Shown here piece after piece: positions 48,963 through 54,130 of a stretch of DNA of 54,130 bases. Numbering within the stretch: the first letter of the stretch is position 1; the number at the start of each line of letters is the position of its first letter. Made by a program: the position numbers and the translations under genes. The stretch comes from Betaproteobacteria bacterium (lineage in GTDB: Bacteria; Pseudomonadota; Gammaproteobacteria; Burkholderiales; Usitatibacteraceae). Below the pieces are notes generated by a model. It did no database searches and was not told where the DNA came from. It worked only from the letters and a program-made list of their open reading frames with translations. The stretch is taken from NCBI GenBank assembly GCA_011391275.1, contig JAABQW010000111.1, forward strand, positions 1 to 54,130. The letters are read 5' to 3'.

Positions 48963-49104
48963 GGGAGGGGGCCGGCCGGCCTGGCGGCCCGGGGGAGAGG
49001 CAGGGCGCGAATTTTATCACCCGGGCGGGTTAAACTAGCCTCCCGCACTTCCGCCGAGGGGCGAACGCCTCCGCCCCGCGAGCGAGGCGAACGCCCCCCC
49101 GTCC

Positions 49105-50412
49105 ATGGTCCCCCACCTCACCACGTCCCTCACCGGTCCCCTGCACGAACTCGAGCGCCTCGTGCTCGACCGTCGCCCCGGGATCGAGCGCTGGTTCCGG
49201 GCGCGCTTCGCGGAGCACGAGGTTCCCTTCTATTCCTCGGTCGACCTTAGGAACAGCGGCTTCAAGCTGGCGCCCGTGGACACCAACCTGTTCCCGGGCG
49301 GGTTCAACAACCTGAACCCCGACTTCCTGCCGCTTTGCATCCACGCGGCGATGTCGGCCATCCAGAAGCTCTGCCCGGACGCGCAGAAGCTCGTGCTGGT
49401 CCCCGAGAACCACACGCGCAACCTCTTCTACCTGCAGAACGTCGCCACCCTCAAGCGCATCCTCGAGGGCGCCGGACTCGCGGTGCGCATCGGCAGCCTC
49501 ATCCCGGACCTCGCGGGACCCACGGAAGTCGAGGCCGCCGGCGGCGAGAGGCTGCTGCTGGAGCCCCTGAAGCGCAGGGGCAACCGGGTCGTCCTCGACG
49601 GCTTCGACCCCTGCGCGGTGCTGGTGAACAACGACCTCTCGGGCGGCGTGCCCGCCGTCCTGCAGGGCCTCGAGCAGCGCGTCGTGCCGCCGCTCATCGC
49701 CGGCTGGTCCACGCGCCGCAAGACGCAGCACTTCACCGCCTACGAGGGCGTGGCGGAGGACTTCGCCGAGCTCCTGGGCATCGACCCCTGGTTCCTGAAC
49801 CCGGTCTTCAGCCAGTGCGGGCAGGTGAACTTCGCCGAGAAGGCGGGCGAGGATTGCCTCGCAGCCGGCGTGGAGGAGGTGCTGGCCGAGGTGCGCGCGA
49901 AGTACGACGAGCACGGCATCACGGCAGCCCCCTTCGCCATCGTGAAGGCCGACGCCGGCACCTACGGCATGGGCATCATGACGGTGAAGAGCGTCGACGA
50001 CGTGCGCAACCTCAACCGCAAGGCCCGCAACAAGATGTCGGTGATCAAGGAAGGCCAGCCGGTGACCGAGGTCATCATCCAGGAGGGCGTCTACACCTTC
50101 GAGGACGTCGATGGCGCCGTGGCGGAGCCCGTGATCTACATGATCGACCAGTTCGTCGTGGGCGGCTTCTACCGCGTGCACGACGCGCGCGGCAAGGACG
50201 AGAACCTCAATTCCCCGGGCATGAAATTCAGGCCGCTCGCCTTCGAGACGGACTGCCATTCGCCCGACTGCGCCGGCGCCCCGGGCGACCCGCCCAACCG
50301 CTTCTACACCTACGGCGTGGTGGCCCGCCTGGCCAACCTCGCCGCCGCGGTCGAGATCGAGGAGATGGCGATGCGAATCGACGAGACGGCGGGCGTCGCC
50401 GCGCGCGCATGA
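49105..50412 (+). CDS. gshA: Glutamate--cysteine ligase (betaproteobacterial type)
   Basis: About 435 aa and directly upstream of gshB with ATGA coupling. The sequence resembles the Thiobacillus/Neisseria-type GshA. Confidence 0.88.
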   Translation: MVPHLTTSLTGPLHELERLVLDRRPGIERWFRARFAEHEVPFYSSVDLRNSGFKLAPVDTNLFPGGFNNLNPDFLPLCIHAAMSAIQKLCPDAQKLVLVPENHTRNLFYLQNVATLKRILEGAGLAVRIGSLIPDLAGPTEVEAAGGERLLLEPLKRRGNRVVLDGFDPCAVLVNNDLSGGVPAVLQGLEQRVVPPLIAGWSTRRKTQHFTAYEGVAEDFAELLGIDPWFLNPVFSQCGQVNFAEKAGEDCLAAGVEEVLAEVRAKYDEHGITAAPFAIVKADAGTYGMGIMTVKSVDDVRNLNRKARNKMSVIKEGQPVTEVIIQEGVYTFEDVDGAVAEPVIYMIDQFVVGGFYRVHDARGKDENLNSPGMKFRPLAFETDCHSPDCAGAPGDPPNRFYTYGVVARLANLAAAVEIEEMAMRIDETAGVAARA

Positions 50413-51368
50413 AGATCGCCTTCCTCCTGGACCCGCTGGCGTCCCTCAAGCCGAGGAAGGATTCCTCCATCGCCATGATGCGCGAGGCCTCGCGGCGCGG
50501 CCACGAGGTGTACGCGCTGGGCATGTCCGACCTCTACGTGCAGGACGGGTCGGTCGGCGCGCGCGCCGTTCCGCTCGCGGTCGCCGACGACGATTCGGCC
50601 TGGTGCCGCGAGGGCGGCGCCGAGGAGGTGCCGCTCGCGTTCTTCGACCTGGTGGCGATGCGCAAGGACCCGCCCTTCGACGCCGAGTACTACTACGCCA
50701 CCCTGCTGCTGGAGCGCGCCGAGGCCGAGGGCGCGCGCGTGGTGAACTCGCCGCAGGCGCTGCGCGACTGGAACGAGAAGCTCGCGATCCTGCGCTTCCC
50801 GCAGTTCACCCCCGCCACGATGGTCTCCCGCGACCCTGGCCGCATCCAGGGCTTCGTCGACCGGCACGCCGACGTGATCCTGAAGAAGCTCGACGGCATG
50901 GGCGGCACGATGATCTTCCGCGTGCGCGCCGACGACCCGAACCGCAACGTGATCGTGGAGACCATGGTCGGCGAGGCCGAGCGCACGATCATGGCGCAGA
51001 AGTTCGTGCCGGAGATCGCCAAGGGGGACAAGCGCGTGCTCGTGATCGGGGGCGTGCCCTTCCCGTTCTGCCTGGCGCGCATCCCGAAGAGCGGCGAGAC
51101 GCGCGGCAACCTGGCCGCGGGCGGCACCGGCGTGGCACAGCCGCTCTCGCCCCGCGACCGCGAGATCGCCGTGACGGTGGGCGCCGAGCTCGTGAAGGCG
51201 GGCATCGTCTTCGCGGGCCTCGACGTGATCGGCGACTGCCTCACGGAGGTGAACGTGACCAGCCCCACCTGCATCGTCGAGATCGCGCAGCAGACGGGCG
51301 AGGACGCGGCAAAGCCGCTGCTGGACGCCTTCGAGCGCGCCGCCGCCCCGCGTCCCGGCCGGCCCTAG
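50409..51368 (+). CDS. gshB: Glutathione synthetase
   Basis: MKIAFLLDPLASLKPRKDSSIAMMREA… and the ATP-grasp C-terminal half. Confidence 0.95.
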   Translation: MKIAFLLDPLASLKPRKDSSIAMMREASRRGHEVYALGMSDLYVQDGSVGARAVPLAVADDDSAWCREGGAEEVPLAFFDLVAMRKDPPFDAEYYYATLLLERAEAEGARVVNSPQALRDWNEKLAILRFPQFTPATMVSRDPGRIQGFVDRHADVILKKLDGMGGTMIFRVRADDPNRNVIVETMVGEAERTIMAQKFVPEIAKGDKRVLVIGGVPFPFCLARIPKSGETRGNLAAGGTGVAQPLSPRDREIAVTVGAELVKAGIVFAGLDVIGDCLTEVNVTSPTCIVEIAQQTGEDAAKPLLDAFERAAAPRPGRP

Positions 51369-52228
51369 CGGGCGGGCACGTCCCGGAGCAGTCGCTCGAG
51401 CTCGCCGGGCGACTTCCAGTGGTCTCCGCACACGAACCTGGGGATCAGCCAGCGGTTGGTCGCCTCGGTGGCCAGGGCCCCGTCGGTGGTGAAGGCGGCG
51501 ACCGTGTGCTCCCTGCCCGGAGGCTGCCCGGGAAAGTACTCGTCGGCGAGAAACCGGTTCCAGTGCCCGTAGGGATAGGCGAACAGCCGGCTGCCGGGAT
51601 TGGGCGCCTTCCGGTCGACGAACTCGTGGGCGGCCCGGATCTGGGCGTCGGCGTCCTCGAGCGAGCACACCTTCCGGAAGTCGCCCTTCTCCTGGCTGCT
51701 GTGGGCGACCGTCGGGAGGCTGGCATGGAGATGGTCCCAGCTGTGGTTGGCGACGTGGAAGAGGCCCGAGGCGACGGCCTCGGGCCACCAGCCGTCCTCC
51801 CAGTCGCCGCGCCCGGCAAAGCAGGTCCGGTCGAGGACTGCGCGTGCCTCGGGCGAGGCGATGACGAAAGACGTGGCGATGGCATGGCGACGGCCGGCGA
51901 CCGCCCGCCACAGGGCGTGCGCGCCCCACGACTCCGCGAGGATCGTCCTGAAGGACTTGATCAACCCCAGCTCGGAATGGCGCACGTCGAAGAAGTCGGT
52001 GTTCGGCCCGTCGTCGAAGGTCAGCGCCACGCACCTGCCTGCAAGGGACCGGTCGTCGCCGGTGGCGAGCGCGTCGGCCACGGCCCGTGCGGAAACGAAG
52101 CGGAATCCGAGGCGCCTGATCGTCCGCAGGTCCTCCTCGAGCGCGAGGTGGTCGTTGGTCGCGTAGGTGCTACCCGGCGCGTGCAGGGAGTGGTAGGCGA
52201 GGATGGGCAGTGCGAACCGTGCGCTCAT
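51365..52228 (-). CDS. NodB-homology polysaccharide deacetylase family protein (paralogue A)
   Basis: ALTFDDGPNTDF (motif 1) and HSWDH (motif 2). No obvious signal peptide. Confidence 0.8.
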   Translation of the reverse strand: MSARFALPILAYHSLHAPGSTYATNDHLALEEDLRTIRRLGFRFVSARAVADALATGDDRSLAGRCVALTFDDGPNTDFFDVRHSELGLIKSFRTILAESWGAHALWRAVAGRRHAIATSFVIASPEARAVLDRTCFAGRGDWEDGWWPEAVASGLFHVANHSWDHLHASLPTVAHSSQEKGDFRKVCSLEDADAQIRAAHEFVDRKAPNPGSRLFAYPYGHWNRFLADEYFPGQPPGREHTVAAFTTDGALATEATNRWLIPRFVCGDHWKSPGELERLLRDVPAR

Positions 52229-52253
52229 GGATGGCTTTCGCGGGCGCCGGACC

Positions 52254-53678
52254 TCAGAAGGGCCCCAGGGCCTCCACCATGCCGACCAGGCGATCCTTTT
52301 CGGCCTCCGGCAGGGGGCGGCGCCACACGACCATGAGGTGCGGCCGGTCGGTGTCGACGAATCCCGCGCGCAGGTCCGCGGCGCGCGCCCTCGGCTCGCC
52401 GACGTGGCCGAACGCGGCGGGACTGTCGCCCAGCATCGCGATGCTTTCGCGCGCGATGATCGTGGCGAGGCCGCCCTCGGCCCGGACCTGCTCGAAGAGC
52501 CACTTCGGCATGGCCCGGTAGGCCGCGGCCTCCACGCACATCCCTCCCGACAGGTGCACCCCTTCGAAAGGCGTGTGGTGCATGTAGGCGATCACGCGCG
52601 GCGCCCCGTCCGCTTCGCCGGGCGCGGGCGAATGCACGAGCACGAAATGCCGGGGATAGTCCGGCGTGTCGTGGCCGCCGAAGCTGCGGCGGAAGAGCTC
52701 GCCCGCGAGCGCGCGGGCATCGTTCACTTCCCACACGCGCAGGCACTCGCGCCATGGCAGCGGCGCGATGGGTCCGGCGGCGCGCGGCGCGACCGCCTTT
52801 CCGCCCCGCCCCAGGAGGCTCGCGAACAGGCCCGGCCGGCGACGGCGCACGCCGAACCTTGCGAGGAGCCCTTCCAGCTCGCCCGTCGACTTCCAGTGCC
52901 AGCCGAACACGAACCGCGGAAGCCGCCAGCGCGAGACCCCCGGCGTGACGGGGGCCGCGTCGGTCGTGAAGGCCGCGTAGACGCCGTGCCCGGCGGCCGG
53001 ATCCGGAAAGTAGTCCTCGGCCAGGAAGTCGTTCGCCGGCCCGTAGGGATAGGCGAACAGGACGTCGCCGCCGCGTCCCCGGCGGCTGCGCAGGTAGCGC
53101 GTGGCCTGCGCGATCTCGGCGTCGGCGTCCTCGCGCGTGGCGAGCGCGAACGCGCCCCGCGGCACGCTGGCCACCGTCGACTCGAGGGTGGCCTGGTTGT
53201 GGTCCCAGGAATGGCTCTCGACGGCCATGAGGCCGCTCGCCTCCGCCTCGCGCCACCAGCCGTCGTTCCACCAGCCGCAGCCGACCATGTGGTGACGGTC
53301 CAGGCTCGCGCGCGCCTGCGGCGAGACGATCGCGAAGCTGGTCGCGTGCAGCCCGGGCTGGGCTGCCGCGCCGTGGCGCGCGCGGAAGTCGCGCAGGATC
53401 CCCAGCATGCCGCGCTGCGGGCCCCAGGCGGGGTGCGGAAGGTCGTACGCGTCGAAGTCCGCGCCGTCGTCAAGCGACAGTGCCACGCAACCGGACAGGG
53501 CCTCGAGCCTGCCCTCGACGGCCGCCCGCGCCACCTCGGCGAGCGGCACGATGCGCGCGCCCAGCGCCTGCAGGAGCTCCAGATCGGCGGCGAACGCCAC
53601 ATGGTCGTTGGCGGCGTAGTCCGCGCCCGCGACGTTCATCGCATGGTAGGTGAGGACGGGGACCGCGACGCGAGGCAC
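52254..53678 (-). CDS. NodB-homology deacetylase (paralogue B) fused to an unassigned ~190-aa C-terminal domain
   Basis: ALSLDDGADFD, HSWDHN, and a shared tail RWRLPRFVFGWHWKSTGELEGLL (paralogue A has RWLIPRFVCGDHWKSPGELERLL), followed by 193 extra residues. GTG start at 53678 gives VPRVAVPVLTYH, parallel to MSARFALPILAYH. Confidence 0.75.
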   Translation of the reverse strand: MPRVAVPVLTYHAMNVAGADYAANDHVAFAADLELLQALGARIVPLAEVARAAVEGRLEALSGCVALSLDDGADFDAYDLPHPAWGPQRGMLGILRDFRARHGAAAQPGLHATSFAIVSPQARASLDRHHMVGCGWWNDGWWREAEASGLMAVESHSWDHNQATLESTVASVPRGAFALATREDADAEIAQATRYLRSRRGRGGDVLFAYPYGPANDFLAEDYFPDPAAGHGVYAAFTTDAAPVTPGVSRWRLPRFVFGWHWKSTGELEGLLARFGVRRRRPGLFASLLGRGGKAVAPRAAGPIAPLPWRECLRVWEVNDARALAGELFRRSFGGHDTPDYPRHFVLVHSPAPGEADGAPRVIAYMHHTPFEGVHLSGGMCVEAAAYRAMPKWLFEQVRAEGGLATIIARESIAMLGDSPAAFGHVGEPRARAADLRAGFVDTDRPHLMVVWRRPLPEAEKDRLVGMVEALGPF

Positions 53679-53692
53679 CGCGGGCGGCGTGT

Positions 53693-54130
53693 CTAGAAGA
53701 CCGTGACGCGGTCGAAGTCGGAGCCGCGCTCGAGGAACTCGTAGACCGTCGCCTCGCGGGGGCCGCCGGCCCAGATCTCGATGCCGCGCCCGCGCGAGGC
53801 CAGGCCGCCGGGCAGCACGACCGACTCGGGGATGCCGAGGCGTTCCAGGGAGGGCAGGCGGAACGCCTGCACCCAGACCGACGACTGCTTGCTGCGCGAG
53901 TCCACCGCGCGCGCCGCGACGGGCTCGGGCTTGCCGGGGAAGAGCGCGACGGTGATCACGATGCGCCCGTCCGTTTCCTGCACCAGCGCCTTCACCATGC
54001 CCAGGAAGAAGGGCGCCGTGTCGCCGAGCCGCATCGCGAGGATGCGCCCGATCGCGACCCCCTTGGCCGCGGTGGACGGGCGCAGCAGCCGCCACGCCCC
54101 CAGCATCTCGTCGATCACGCCCCAGTTCTC
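53693..54130 (-). CDS. Hypothetical protein, 3' portion; the ORF is open to the window edge
   Basis: The frame is open from 54130 (ENWGVIDEMLGAW…DFDRVTVF). Its stop lies 14 nt before the next gene on the same strand. I recognise no family. Confidence 0.45.
   Translation of the reverse strand, partial: ENWGVIDEMLGAWRLLRPSTAAKGVAIGRILAMRLGDTAPFFLGMVKALVQETDGRIVITVALFPGKPEPVAARAVDSRSKQSSVWVQAFRLPSLERLGIPESVVLPGGLASRGRGIEIWAGGPREATVYEFLERGSDFDRVTVF

Noticed and set aside
52254-52835. Direct homology of the C-terminal extension to NodA (WRECLRVWE…ELFRRSFG versus my recollection of NodA WRLCWENEL…DFFRKTYG)
   Set aside because: The resemblance is limited to a short N-terminal motif recalled from memory, and the rest does not align by eye. 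No nodC-like gene is visible. I keep it only as a functional analogy to be tested, not as a call.
53693-54130. PilZ domain or the C-terminus of a processive GT2 synthase for the partial terminal ORF
   Set aside because: I could not find convincing RxxxR and (D/N)xSxxG motifs, and the fragment is too short to classify by eye.

Overview
Very GC-rich, tightly packed proteobacterial chromosome segment. Gene content and order (fimS/algZ divergent from argH, glnA-DUF4124-ntrBC, pyrR-pyrB-pyrC', gshAB, cyaY-lptM-lysA) look betaproteobacterial. I call about 52 CDS and find no rRNA, tRNA, CRISPR, IS element or integrase. From about 12 kb onward the window is mostly housekeeping: MacAB-like efflux, soxA, argH, lysA, mgtE, mtgA, aroE, glnA-ntrBC, xthA, prlC, the pyrimidine operon, phr, mpl and gshAB. 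The accessory-looking part is the first 12 kb. It starts with the tail of a class-II cNMP phosphodiesterase-like gene. Next comes a PilB/GspE-type ATPase with an N-terminal GAF domain, translationally coupled (ATGA) to a GAF-HD-GYP c-di-GMP phosphodiesterase. Then comes a type IVa pilin gene (pilA) with a TfpX/TfpZ-like accessory gene. This pair is sandwiched between two paralogous ~1000-aa proteins that fuse a polytopic membrane domain to a spermidine-synthase-like fold lacking the canonical aminopropyltransferase residues. pilA and the first fusion gene each carry a near-consensus sigma-54 promoter. My best candidate for an undescribed system is this pilin plus twin membrane-transferase locus, possibly a pilin-modification or pilus-associated module, together with the cyclic-nucleotide-gated ATPase/HD-GYP pair. 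Other items worth a second look: a 65-codon chimeric ORF joining the 5' end of an algR-type regulator to the 3' end of soxX, leaving an orphan FimS/AlgZ kinase and an orphan soxA; a MarR regulator with a Cys-rich tail next to cyaY; an identical palindrome in both 3' flanks of cyaY/lptM-lysA; and a terminal operon of two NodB-type deacetylase paralogues, one carrying an unassigned ~190-aa C-terminal domain. All calls rest on reading the translated ORFs and the DNA by eye. No database search was run.
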